Below, piece by piece: positions 1-8,940 of a DNA stretch of 64,000 nucleotides. The number at the start of each line of letters is the position of its first letter. The stretch's first letter is position 1. A program made the position numbers and the translations under genes. The notes below the pieces were generated by a model. It searched no databases and had not been told where the DNA came from. It saw only the letters and a list, made by a program, of their open reading frames with translations. Origin of the DNA: Syntrophobacter sp. GTDB lineage: Bacteria > Desulfobacterota > Syntrophobacteria > Syntrophobacterales > Syntrophobacteraceae. The DNA is taken from NCBI GenBank assembly GCA_039679945.1, contig JBDKTY010000067.1:2414-66413 (forward strand). Direction: 5' to 3'.

Positions 1-648
1 GAGCAGTTCATCGTATCTGTCGGCACTGAGAAACACAAATTCCGGTCCATCCCTGTACTGCGAGGTGACCTGCCGGACAGAATGGATAAAACCACCCTCT
101 GCCCCATTGACTATGTACATTCTTTCGAGTGTGGGCTGCAGGTGAAGAATGAGATCGATGGTTTGCCGGATATCCAGATCGACCACTACCGGGATAATTT
201 GTCTCGAACTATGCTCGGAGGGGTATTTTTCGATGGAAGCAAGAACAGACACGACAGGGGTTCCCGGCGAAAGCCGGCTGCCCCGGTTGAGCACAAAATC
301 GGTGGCCAGACTGCCAAAGGTAATGATCGCATCAAACTTCCTGGGCCCGTACTTGGCGGTGTAATAGGTGGCCAGGGAATCGAGGTACCCGCTGCTTTTA
401 TTGCGATTCAGGTCCAGGTTTTCATGAGAAATGTCGAATGAATTCAGGTCATATGGCCCCAGAGCTTTGGCGATCCCCGAGAAAAACATGTCATTCAACG
501 GAAGCGAGCGGTCGAAAGGGTAAATTATAAGGAAGCTGGGCCTGCTGCTCTCCGCGGAAGCAGAACCGTACTGGCAGAACAGCAATGCGGCAAGGACAGC
601 GACGACCGACATGGAGCGCAGCCCCCATATCCATAAATCTCTATTCAT
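1..648 (-). CDS. Periplasmic solute-binding-like sensor domain protein, 3' end truncated by the window edge; paralog of the N-terminal domain of the kinase at 4629-7028
   Basis: The reverse strand reads MNRDLWIWGLRSMSVVAVLAALLFCQYGSASA... from ATG at 648 and stays open to position 1. It aligns with kinase residues ~50-250 (IIYPF, ENLDL, YLDSLA, FDAI, LSPG, TIDLI, LQPTL, SQYRDGPEF). It is absent from the ORF track because it has no stop in the window. Confidence 0.7.
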   Translation of the reverse strand, partial: MNRDLWIWGLRSMSVVAVLAALLFCQYGSASAESSRPSFLIIYPFDRSLPLNDMFFSGIAKALGPYDLNSFDISHENLDLNRNKSSGYLDSLATYYTAKYGPRKFDAIITFGSLATDFVLNRGSRLSPGTPVVSVLASIEKYPSEHSSRQIIPVVVDLDIRQTIDLILHLQPTLERMYIVNGAEGGFIHSVRQVTSQYRDGPEFVFLSADRYDELL

Positions 649-798
649 CCCTTTCTCCTGAAGTGCATCCGGCATCAATTTTTTGGTCCCTCTTCCCGGG
701 GTCGAAAAACCACCGTGATCTTTTTCACTCTTTTGAGTTTGGTTGCAATTGATCCGAACCTTAACCCACCAACAGAATAGTTCAATGATACTCGGTTC

Positions 799-817
799 GT
801 GTTGAAAGAATTCACAC
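799..817 (+). promoter_or_regulatory. Candidate enhancer (UAS) element GTGTTGAAAGAATTCACAC
   Basis: An identical 19-mer occurs at 7183-7201. It lies 186 nt upstream of the -24 element here and 185 nt there. Outer arms GTGT/ACAC are inverted. Confidence 0.45.
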
Positions 818-984
818 TCATCTTGAAGCGGATGAGAACCTGAAAACCCCTGCAATTAGACAAGCCTTTTGCATAGCCATCCAGCCTGTGCTCCCGCGGG
901 AAGGCATCACACGTTCTTCCGGGCAGGATCGAGCGCTTCATGTTTTCTGCCCGGCCACACTTCGAGCGTGCACGGAACATTCCA

Positions 985-1000
985 TGGCGTGGATCTTGCC
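985..1000 (+). promoter_or_regulatory. Sigma-54 (-24/-12) promoter candidate for 1142-2797
   Basis: TGGCGTGGATCTTGCC fits TGGC-N7-TTGC with correct GG-N10-GC spacing. It lies ~140 nt upstream of the ATG and matches 7368-7383 at 15 of 16 positions. Confidence 0.6.
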
Positions 1001-1141
1001 ATATATCCCGGTACAACGTTGGAACACGGCCTGTTCATGCATGTTTTTTGCCAAGGGTGACCGGTGGTGGTCTCTGAGCCGGCCAGGGACGAATCGGCGA
1101 CATTTCGGGACACAAGGACCAACCATCACGAAGGAGATCTA

Positions 1142-2797
1142 ATGAAGCGTTTTCTCGCGGTACGTACTTTTGCAGTGCTGGTACTGATAATGCTTGCCTT
1201 TGGCGCGGCGCCGGTTTTGGCGGAGGACACACCAGTCAATTCCAATGCGGGCACGAATGCAACTATAAACGGCCCAAAAACTAACCCGTACCTGGCATCC
1301 TCGCTCTACGGAATTGTACATTTTGACCCTTCCTCGAGCGACTCCACTCCCTACGGACCTCCCAAAGGCGTGTTCGTCGCCGATTCGAGGGACCAGAAAG
1401 TCGCTTACGCCGCTCCGGGTAACCTCATGATGGTTGCCTCCACGGACCCGCACTACATGTGGGAACCGGGAAGCGATCGCGTCCAGTACATACGCAAAAG
1501 CGGCGGCCAATGGGTACCGGTCGCAAGATTGGATATCCTTAACAAATTGAACTCATCCTTTGCAAAACTCACAAATCCAACAATCCGCAAATTCGGCAAG
1601 ACCTCGGTGGCTGGAATGACTCCGAGCGAAATGGATACATGGATGCAATCCATCCTTGGCACAAACTACAGTTCGCGGGGGGGAAATGGAATTTACACCC
1701 TGGTTGATAACAAAAACGTGCTCTACGCCGTCTACAATGGAAGCATAGTCGGTATTGGCCTTAAGGACCCGAATCGCCCCGAGGCAGGTCTTAAGATTAA
1801 ATACAGACTGGATGATCCCGTCACCAAAATTCAGGGTGTCAGCGGCGCTCGTGTCGGCGGTCTGAGCATGACCTATGACGGTCATCTTATAGTGACTTTC
1901 AGCAATGGAATATCAGTAGTCGATCGCAAGCTCACCCTCAGCACCAAATCGTACTACGCTTTCGGCACCGGCGAGCGGGTGACTAACTCGATTTGCGTCG
2001 ACGAGAATAACGGCATTTATGTAGCGAGCAATTCAATCATGCGCAAACTGGTTTGGACCGGCACAGCCCTTTCCGACCAGGCAAGCGACGGCGCTTGGTC
2101 GAGCACATATACTTCGGGTACTGAAACCGCCCCTATTGTCAGATTCGATAACGGGACCGGGTCCACCCCGACCCTTATGGGTTTTGGCAGTGATACAGAT
2201 AAGCTCGTGGTCTTAACCGATGGCGCCAAGGTAATGAATCTGGTGGCGTTCTGGCGCGATGCGATTCCCGCGGGCTTCACCGAACGTGTTGCAGGGCAGA
2301 TTCAAGTAACCTGCGGTTATAAGACCCTGCCCGAATGGATACAATCGGAGCAATCCGTGGTTGTAAGGGGCTATGGGGCCTTTGTAGTGAACAACATTCC
2401 GGAATCGGTCCCCGCTGAACTCAAGGCAGGCAACCAGATGACCAAGGCTGGCCTTCTGGGGCCGACATACACTCCGCCTTATGGCGTCGAACGCTTTGCG
2501 TGGGATACCACAACGCACTCATGGAGTTCCGTATGGGGGCGGTCGGATGTCTCATCTCCCACCATGATCCCGATCCATTGTGATACCGGCAATATGGCCG
2601 TCGTAGGCGGTTACATGCCCGATCTGGGTTGGGTAATACAGGGAATGGATTGGGATACGGGCGATACCGTCCACCTGACGTTCCTGGGCCCCTGGAACTT
2701 AGGAAATGGATACTATGCCATCGTGCAGTTCCTCGGGAACGGGGACCTGGTTCTCAACGGATTCGCCGGTTCATTACGGGTGCACTATGATCAGTAA
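1142..2797 (+). CDS. Secreted hypothetical protein (551 aa)
   Basis: AAGGAG RBS before ATG 1142. Signal peptide MKRFLAVRTFAVLVLIMLAFGAAPVLA. The composition is rich in Gly, Ser, Thr, Tyr and Trp, which I read as possibly beta-rich (not predicted). I recognise no family. Confidence 0.8.
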   Translation: MKRFLAVRTFAVLVLIMLAFGAAPVLAEDTPVNSNAGTNATINGPKTNPYLASSLYGIVHFDPSSSDSTPYGPPKGVFVADSRDQKVAYAAPGNLMMVASTDPHYMWEPGSDRVQYIRKSGGQWVPVARLDILNKLNSSFAKLTNPTIRKFGKTSVAGMTPSEMDTWMQSILGTNYSSRGGNGIYTLVDNKNVLYAVYNGSIVGIGLKDPNRPEAGLKIKYRLDDPVTKIQGVSGARVGGLSMTYDGHLIVTFSNGISVVDRKLTLSTKSYYAFGTGERVTNSICVDENNGIYVASNSIMRKLVWTGTALSDQASDGAWSSTYTSGTETAPIVRFDNGTGSTPTLMGFGSDTDKLVVLTDGAKVMNLVAFWRDAIPAGFTERVAGQIQVTCGYKTLPEWIQSEQSVVVRGYGAFVVNNIPESVPAELKAGNQMTKAGLLGPTYTPPYGVERFAWDTTTHSWSSVWGRSDVSSPTMIPIHCDTGNMAVVGGYMPDLGWVIQGMDWDTGDTVHLTFLGPWNLGNGYYAIVQFLGNGDLVLNGFAGSLRVHYDQ

Positions 2798-2945
2798 CCG
2801 GCAAGTCGCAGCCGACGAGTCGTCCAGTAGTTGGCGCGTTGTTTGGAGAAATTGAATAAAGACTTTGGTTGAGCACACCCGGTCCCTCCAGAATCCCCCC
2901 TCCGATGAGGGGCCGGGATTGTTCCTTTTCTTCAGCAGGTATCAG

Positions 2946-3104
2946 GTAGGTTGGGGTGAGCGGAGCGAACCCCAACACCCACGCATGCGGAAAATGTTGG
3001 GGTTCGCTCCACTCACCCCAACTTACGAGGTACGGGATTATCCCAACCTACGGGCTACGGGCTTGTTGCACATGTTGGGGTTCGCTCCGCTCACCCCAAC
3101 TTAC
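2946..3104. repeat. REP-like hairpin repeat, 3 copies (one inverted at 2946-2977, two direct at 2994-3026 and 3072-3104)
   Basis: The unit TGTTGGGGTTCGCTCC(A/G)CTCACCCCAACTTAC has an 8-bp stem GTTGGGGT/ACCCCAAC. It gives the spurious peptide MLGFAPLTPTY in the ORF track. Confidence 0.75.
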
Positions 3105-3237
3105 GGGATTACGGGGCTAAAGGGCTACAGGGCTCTCGGAGGGACGATCCCGGTCCCCTTGATCCCGGTCCCTTTTTCCAGCATGATGGGCTGACCAGCC
3201 TCGGATTTGGAACGCGACCAGACCGATGCCGGCCGGG

Positions 3238-4632
3238 TTACTTCCTGAGCCTCTTGTTCAACGCCGACCGGGTAATTCCCAGCATTGACGCCGCAAGGCT
3301 CTGATTGCCCCCTGACCTTATCATGGCCTCGGAAACCAGCGATTCCAGGGCTTCCTTGATAGTCGGCAGTCTCTCGGCGTATTGATAGAACCTGTCTCCC
3401 TCCACCGGTTTCCGGGGTTCGTCATGGCCCCGGTCCATGTGTTCCCGAAAAGAGGTCATCGACATCACCCGCGAAGAATTCTTGCCGACGGCGTCGTAGA
3501 TCATCGCCCTCAATTCCCGGATATTTCCAGGGAAATTGTACGCCATAAGGTGGAGTGGAAGCTCACGGGGATACAGCGGCTTCGGTTTTCCAAAATCGCG
3601 GGCGGCCTCTTCGATGTAGCGGTCCAGGAGCAGTGAAACATCAGTCAGCCTTTCCCGCAAAGGCGGTATATGGATATGGTGCGTCCTGAGACGATAGTAG
3701 AGGTCCTGCCGCATGAAGCCGTCAGTCACTAGCTGTTCCGGTTCCCTGTTCGTGGCCACCACGATCCGTGCTTGCACGGAGCGCGGCTCGTCCGAACCGA
3801 GAGGGAAATACTCCCTGTCCTGGATCACTCGCAGCAGCTTGATTTGAGAAGCCGCCGACAGATCGCCTATCTCGTCGAGAAAAATCGTTCCGCCCGCCGC
3901 CTTTTCTATGAGTCCGCTGCGAACCTCCGTTGCACCGGTAAACGCCCCCTTCCGGTGTCCGAAAAGAGTATCGGAAAACGAGTGATCGTCCACCCCCGCC
4001 GCATTCACGGCGATGAATTCGCCCCGCCTTCCGCTTGCAAGGTGAATGGCCCTCGCAAACAGTTCCTTCCCCACGCCCGTCTCGCCCGTGATAAGCACGG
4101 GTTCGCTTCCCTTCGCTATGGCCTCGCAGTACATGAAGAGGCCCATCATTTTCTTGTCCCGGGTGACTATGGCGGAGAATGCCTCGGGGTTCTTCAGACT
4201 GTCGGTAAGTATATGATGCAACAGCAGATCATTCTGTCGTTTCAACCGGCGGTAGTCGATCGCCCGTTTGATGCTCGATGAGAGCTGATCGGCATCCACA
4301 GGCTTGGTCAGATAGTCGAATGCTCCTTTACGAATACACCGGACCGCGGTCTGAATATCGTTGACCGCGGTCATCATGATCACCTGGATATCGGGATGCT
4401 TCAGGGCGATCTCCTCGAGCAGGCTCTCTCCCGATCTTTTCGGCATGATGATATCCAAGAGAACTGCCTCGATGTCATTGGTTTCCAGGAGGCCCATGAC
4501 TTTTGTCTCGTCCTGGCACGGAAGAAGGTTGTCGAAGCCGTTGAACTCCAAAATGATCCTGAAACTCTCCAGTGCCTGGGGTTCATCGTCCACAAGAAGT
4601 ATCGGATGTTCAGGTGTGAAATGGATGCTCAT
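3238..4632 (-). CDS. Sigma-54-dependent response regulator (NtrC family: REC + AAA+ + Fis-type HTH)
   Basis: Receiver ILLVDDEP...LLDIIMP, Walker A GETGVGKE, GAFTGA sigma-54 contact motif, and C-terminal HTH LAASMLGITRSALNKRLRK. The ATG at 4632 overlaps the kinase stop (ATGA). Confidence 0.93.
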   Translation of the reverse strand: MSIHFTPEHPILLVDDEPQALESFRIILEFNGFDNLLPCQDETKVMGLLETNDIEAVLLDIIMPKRSGESLLEEIALKHPDIQVIMMTAVNDIQTAVRCIRKGAFDYLTKPVDADQLSSSIKRAIDYRRLKRQNDLLLHHILTDSLKNPEAFSAIVTRDKKMMGLFMYCEAIAKGSEPVLITGETGVGKELFARAIHLASGRRGEFIAVNAAGVDDHSFSDTLFGHRKGAFTGATEVRSGLIEKAAGGTIFLDEIGDLSAASQIKLLRVIQDREYFPLGSDEPRSVQARIVVATNREPEQLVTDGFMRQDLYYRLRTHHIHIPPLRERLTDVSLLLDRYIEEAARDFGKPKPLYPRELPLHLMAYNFPGNIRELRAMIYDAVGKNSSRVMSMTSFREHMDRGHDEPRKPVEGDRFYQYAERLPTIKEALESLVSEAMIRSGGNQSLAASMLGITRSALNKRLRK

Positions 4633-7028
4633 GAATTGCTCCTGTTGTCGCTGCTGCACGCGGGAAGCTCCAGGACGGCGGTCGTACCCTCCCCCGCGCT
4701 GGAAGAAATGAGAATGCTGCCTCCATATGCTTCGACAATCTTCTTGGAGATGGCGAGACCCAGCCCGGTCCCCCCCGTCTCCCGCTTTGTCGTGAAAAAC
4801 GGGTCGAAGATCCTGTTCAGGTGCTCCGGCTGGATGCCCTGTCCGGAGTCTCTCACCTCCAGGAAAACCTTCCCCCTTTCAGCATCGTAATATGATCGTA
4901 TGCTCAAACACTGCTCCGTTGCGGTCAGCGCCTCGGCTCCATTGAGGATAAGATTGATCATAACCTGTCCCACGCGCTGACCGTTCGCCTCCACTGCCGG
5001 CAGATTCCCGCCATATTCCACGAACAGGTTGTCCGTCGACTTCTTCAGCTTGTTTGCTAACAGGTTCAGGGAAGACTGCAGGACGGCATTGATATCCACC
5101 TGTTCGGTCATCCCGGAAGGCTTTTCGGAAACGAACTCCTTCATGTCCGACACAATATTCTTGATTCGCTCCGATCCTTCTATGATGCCGTTCAAAAGGA
5201 TAGGGATATTTTCCCTGGCTCGCGAATAAGGGAGCTTTGCCACGGGGAAGTCCCCATTCTCCAGGGCATGTTTGTCGAGTATTTTGACTACGCTTTCCCA
5301 CGCCTTCTTCAACATCGGGGCATTCAGGAAGATGAAGTTATTGGGGTTGTTGATTTCGTGCGTTACACCGGCCGCCATGACTCCCAGGGAAATCATCTTG
5401 TCGGCGTGAACCAGTTGTTCCGCTCTTTCACGGGCTTCACGCTCGGCCAGCTTTCTTTGCGTTATGTCGAGAAGACACCCGATGAGGTGCGCCCTACCGT
5501 CGAGCACGACCCTATCGACCGTTTTCAATACGAAGACGTCCCTTCCCTGGCCTGAGACAAGCCTGTCTTCGAACGAGTCCGTCCCATTTGCGGATACATC
5601 TTCGGGCGTCTCGGATAGAAAGCCGTGGAAGCAATCCGGGCACAGACTGCCGGTCATATTCTCCGGAGGAATCCCCAGGAGTTCGGCGGCGGCCCGGTTT
5701 GCCTGCCGGATCGTCCCCGATTTGATATCGATCAGGGAAACCCCTATTGGGATTGAGGACAGCAGGGCCTGTAGGGTGGCTTCGCTTTCGCGAAGACTTC
5801 CGAGCGTCCTGTCCTGCAGGTCCCTGGCGTGGCCCAGTTCTTCCTGTTTCTCTTCCAGTTCCCTGCATGTGCCCCGGAGTTCCTGTTCCGCCGCCTTCCT
5901 GCTCCTCCACTGGATGAACAGCCAGAAGATAAGCGTACCCTGGGCAAAGAAAAAAAGAAGCGCGCCTCCCACGTGCCCCCTATAGTCGCGCCACAGGGAA
6001 GGGGCCCTGTTCACGACCTCGAAGCCGGCCAGCAGGTTCTTTTCGGAAAGACCCCATCTCGTCATCTGCCGCTCATCGACCTGCCGGATCGTAGACAGTC
6101 TGGTTTCGCCGATTGCGGCCGCACCATCATCCATGCCCAGGACCCCAGCCAGAAGATGGCCCACGGCAAGGCCACCTTCAAATACCGACGACATGGAGCC
6201 CCCAACTATCCCGGTGTACATATACTGGTCAGTCATTCCGTACACGGGACAGCCCGCCGTCTCGGAAAGTCTCCCGGCGACAGACTGTGAAGTGTATGAC
6301 CTGCCCGATCCATCCCTCATAAAACTTAGAAAGAGGATTGCGTCATGGCTATCCAGCTTTGCCGCGGCACTAAGCAGTTCCTCATAACTGCTTCCAACCG
6401 AAAATGCGAATTCCGGTCCATCCCGGTATTGTGAGACAACCTCCCGGATCTTCCAGACACTGCGCTCATAGGGGTGAGATCCGGAGACTATGTGGATTCT
6501 TTTGAGAGTGGGCTGCAGGCGCACAATGAGGTCAATGGTCTCCCGGACATCCACACTACTGAAAACCGGATAGACTTTCCTCACGGAATTCCAGGAAGTA
6601 TCTTTCCCTTTCAACGAAAGGGTCGCCAGGACGGGCGCACCGGGTGAGAGCGATTCGCACCGCCTGAGCAGAAATTCAAGCGACCAGTCGGTGACTGCCA
6701 CGATCGCATCGAAGTTTGTGGATGCATATTTGGTTGCCAAAGAACCGGCCAGGGAATCCAGGTATTCGTTACTGTCGATCCTGTCCAGGTCCAGGTTTTC
6801 CTGGCTGATCTCAAAGGTATTCAAATCAAAGGGTTCCAGGGCCTCGGTCAAACCCGATGAGAACCTGACACTAAACGGAAGCGCGCGGTTGAATGGGTAA
6901 ATCACGAGAATTTCGTGCCTGCCGGAACTGCCCGCATGTGCCGGATGCAACTGTAACATCGGCAATACCATTGCAAGGACCAGAATCACGAGGCAATGAG
7001 TAACCCGCAGCCGGGGACCTCTTTTCAT
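4629..7028 (-). CDS. Sensor histidine kinase (periplasmic solute-binding-like domain, TM, coiled coil, PAS, HisKA, HATPase)
   Basis: H-box AAGVTHEINNPNNF and ATPase motifs DSGQGI / GGTGLGLAI. I chose the start at M11 (GGAGAG RBS), supported by the conserved 5' block at the same offset as in the paralog at 1-648. Confidence 0.9.
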   Translation of the reverse strand: MKRGPRLRVTHCLVILVLAMVLPMLQLHPAHAGSSGRHEILVIYPFNRALPFSVRFSSGLTEALEPFDLNTFEISQENLDLDRIDSNEYLDSLAGSLATKYASTNFDAIVAVTDWSLEFLLRRCESLSPGAPVLATLSLKGKDTSWNSVRKVYPVFSSVDVRETIDLIVRLQPTLKRIHIVSGSHPYERSVWKIREVVSQYRDGPEFAFSVGSSYEELLSAAAKLDSHDAILFLSFMRDGSGRSYTSQSVAGRLSETAGCPVYGMTDQYMYTGIVGGSMSSVFEGGLAVGHLLAGVLGMDDGAAAIGETRLSTIRQVDERQMTRWGLSEKNLLAGFEVVNRAPSLWRDYRGHVGGALLFFFAQGTLIFWLFIQWRSRKAAEQELRGTCRELEEKQEELGHARDLQDRTLGSLRESEATLQALLSSIPIGVSLIDIKSGTIRQANRAAAELLGIPPENMTGSLCPDCFHGFLSETPEDVSANGTDSFEDRLVSGQGRDVFVLKTVDRVVLDGRAHLIGCLLDITQRKLAEREARERAEQLVHADKMISLGVMAAGVTHEINNPNNFIFLNAPMLKKAWESVVKILDKHALENGDFPVAKLPYSRARENIPILLNGIIEGSERIKNIVSDMKEFVSEKPSGMTEQVDINAVLQSSLNLLANKLKKSTDNLFVEYGGNLPAVEANGQRVGQVMINLILNGAEALTATEQCLSIRSYYDAERGKVFLEVRDSGQGIQPEHLNRIFDPFFTTKRETGGTGLGLAISKKIVEAYGGSILISSSAGEGTTAVLELPACSSDNRSNS

Positions 7029-7182
7029 TTCTCTCTCCAAAAGCACACTCGACATCAATTTCTTTGGCTCTCTCTTCCAAAGGCCTGATTGAGCGATGGT
7101 GATTTATTTCACCCTGTTGAATTTGGTGTCATGAGTCCGGATACAGATACACTAACAAAATAATCGAACGCCGACCCAACAC

Positions 7183-7201
7183 GTGTTGAAAGAATTCACA
7201 C
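7183..7201 (+). promoter_or_regulatory. Candidate enhancer (UAS) element, second copy
   Basis: Identical 19-mer GTGTTGAAAGAATTCACAC, followed by a conserved CTT..AGC.GATGAG.AC block as at 818-840. Confidence 0.45.
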
Positions 7202-7367
7202 CCGCCTTCCAGCCGATGAGGACACGAGATCGCATTCATCCGGCGGGTCCGTTCACTATCAGCCCGCCCCCGATTCGTCGCGAAACAGTATCCCGCGCCG
7301 TCCGGGATGGAGTCGGACGCTCCGAGGTTTCCGCGCGACAGTCTGTGACCTTGCACAGATTGTTCCG

Positions 7368-7383
7368 TGGCTTGGATCTTGCC
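7368..7383 (+). promoter_or_regulatory. Sigma-54 (-24/-12) promoter candidate for 7595-8907
   Basis: TGGCTTGGATCTTGCC has correct GG-N10-GC spacing and lies ~210 nt upstream of the ATG at 7595. Confidence 0.6.
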
Positions 7384-7594
7384 AAGAATCTCCACAAACA
7401 CGGACTCCATGGGTTGCCTGGCGCGGTTCCATGAAAGGAGACGGCCCACGCCGCCGCTTTTCATACGAGCCACTCCAGCCGGCATGGAAAGGAGGTGAGG
7501 ACTTCTATCCTGCTCCGTACAATCGATAAATCGCGACTGATGCTATTCCATGGCCCATCTTCAATCATCTCATTAGCGGAAGGCTGAAAATCAA

Positions 7595-8907
7595 ATGAAA
7601 AAAAGAACAGTATTCGCCACTTTGCTCGTCCTGACTCTTATAGCCCTGCAGGGACTCAAGGCTGAAGCCCGCAATCCGCTTGCAACGAACGACCAGTTAT
7701 ACGCGGAATACCTGGCTACATACATGATAGCAACTCCTGAAGTGGAGGCGGCAAAAGCAACGTTATCAACGAACTGGCAGGCCCTCCTCGGCACCGTGAG
7801 CGCCGAGCAACTGGCGTATCTCCAGGAAGCAGTCGATGAGTCGGCATTCGCATCGGCGCTTAGCGTGCAGGGCAGCGATCCCAACTATCCGAAGGCCATT
7901 TCGACTCTTGCGGCCCCACATTCCTGGCATGGCATGGATGTCCCCGGTTCCAGGTCGGTATTTGATAACCCTGACACGATTTACAGGAGTATCAAGATCG
8001 ATCCGACCGCGAGCTACGTAATTAGAGGCAAACGGGCACAGGTCCCGCCGGTGGATGAGAATTTTTCTCTGTGGGATGCTTCCAATAATACGATTTCGAA
8101 TATGCGGGGCAAGGACCTGGTCACAAAAGCGGACGGATCATTTACCATCACGGTGGACAGCAATCCCGCAAATGGCAGGAAGAACCACATCCAAACAACC
8201 TCGGCATCAAAAACCATATTTGTCCGGAATACCGTTAATGATTGGCAACTCAGAGGTTTACCAAATTGACTGTCGAACGGATCGACGATGGGACGACACT
8301 GCCCGACCCCAAGACGTTCGATGCCATGGTCAGTCAGATAGCTGCTTCCATTCCGAGCACCACCGCCATCAATATCTTCAATACCAGGGCGAATGCGCAG
8401 GCTGTCAATACAATCCCCGCTATAACCCGGGGAGGGAGCGCGGGGACCTTGTCAACCCAGGCGCAGGAATACAGTTCATGGAAGATTGCCGATGACGAGG
8501 CATTGATCGTAAAAGTCAACCTGGGCGGTGCAAAATACCTCATCTGCCCGGTTTATGATAAATGGCTGATCACAACGGACTACATCAACCATACGCAGAC
8601 CCTGAACAACGCCCAGGCAGTACCCAACCCCAATGGCACTTACACCTTCGTGATCTCCGTGCAGGACCCCGGTGTCTACAACTGGATCGATACGGTCGGA
8701 ATGCACGAGGGATATCTCAACCTCCGATGGCAGGCTCTGCCCGGCAAAGTCCCGGCGACCGGTGACGTATCGGCGACCATGAAACTTGTCAAACTGGTAT
8801 ATCTGAAAAGTATTCTCCCTCCCCATACCAAGTGGGTCACCAAGCAGGAACGCAAACAGCAACTCAGGGAACGCCGCGAGGCTTATGCGAAAAGATATGC
8901 GGAGTAA
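7595..8907 (+). pseudogene. Secreted DUF1214-like protein split by a single-base frameshift near 8240
   Basis: ORFs 7595-8269 and 8242-8907 abut in different frames. The second has no RBS or ATG. One extra G in GATTGGCAA would read ...FVRNTVNDWATQRFTKL... Motifs PPVDENFSLWD and NWIDT..GYLNLRWQ recall DUF1214. The signal peptide sits on the first part only. Confidence 0.6.
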
Positions 8908-8940
8908 CGGCTGGAACGTGTGAAGAATCGGGCAGCGGAC

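Noticed and set aside
82-441. Plus-strand ORFs of 119 aa and 71 aa at the left edge
   Set aside because: They lie antisense to a reverse-strand frame that is clearly homologous to the kinase sensor domain. They have no RBS, and their composition is Arg/Gly-rich, as expected for a shadow ORF.
2946-3104. Possible CRISPR array
   Set aside because: There are only three units and one is inverted. Each unit is itself a hairpin, the spacers are irregular, and no cas genes are present. It behaves like a REP cluster.
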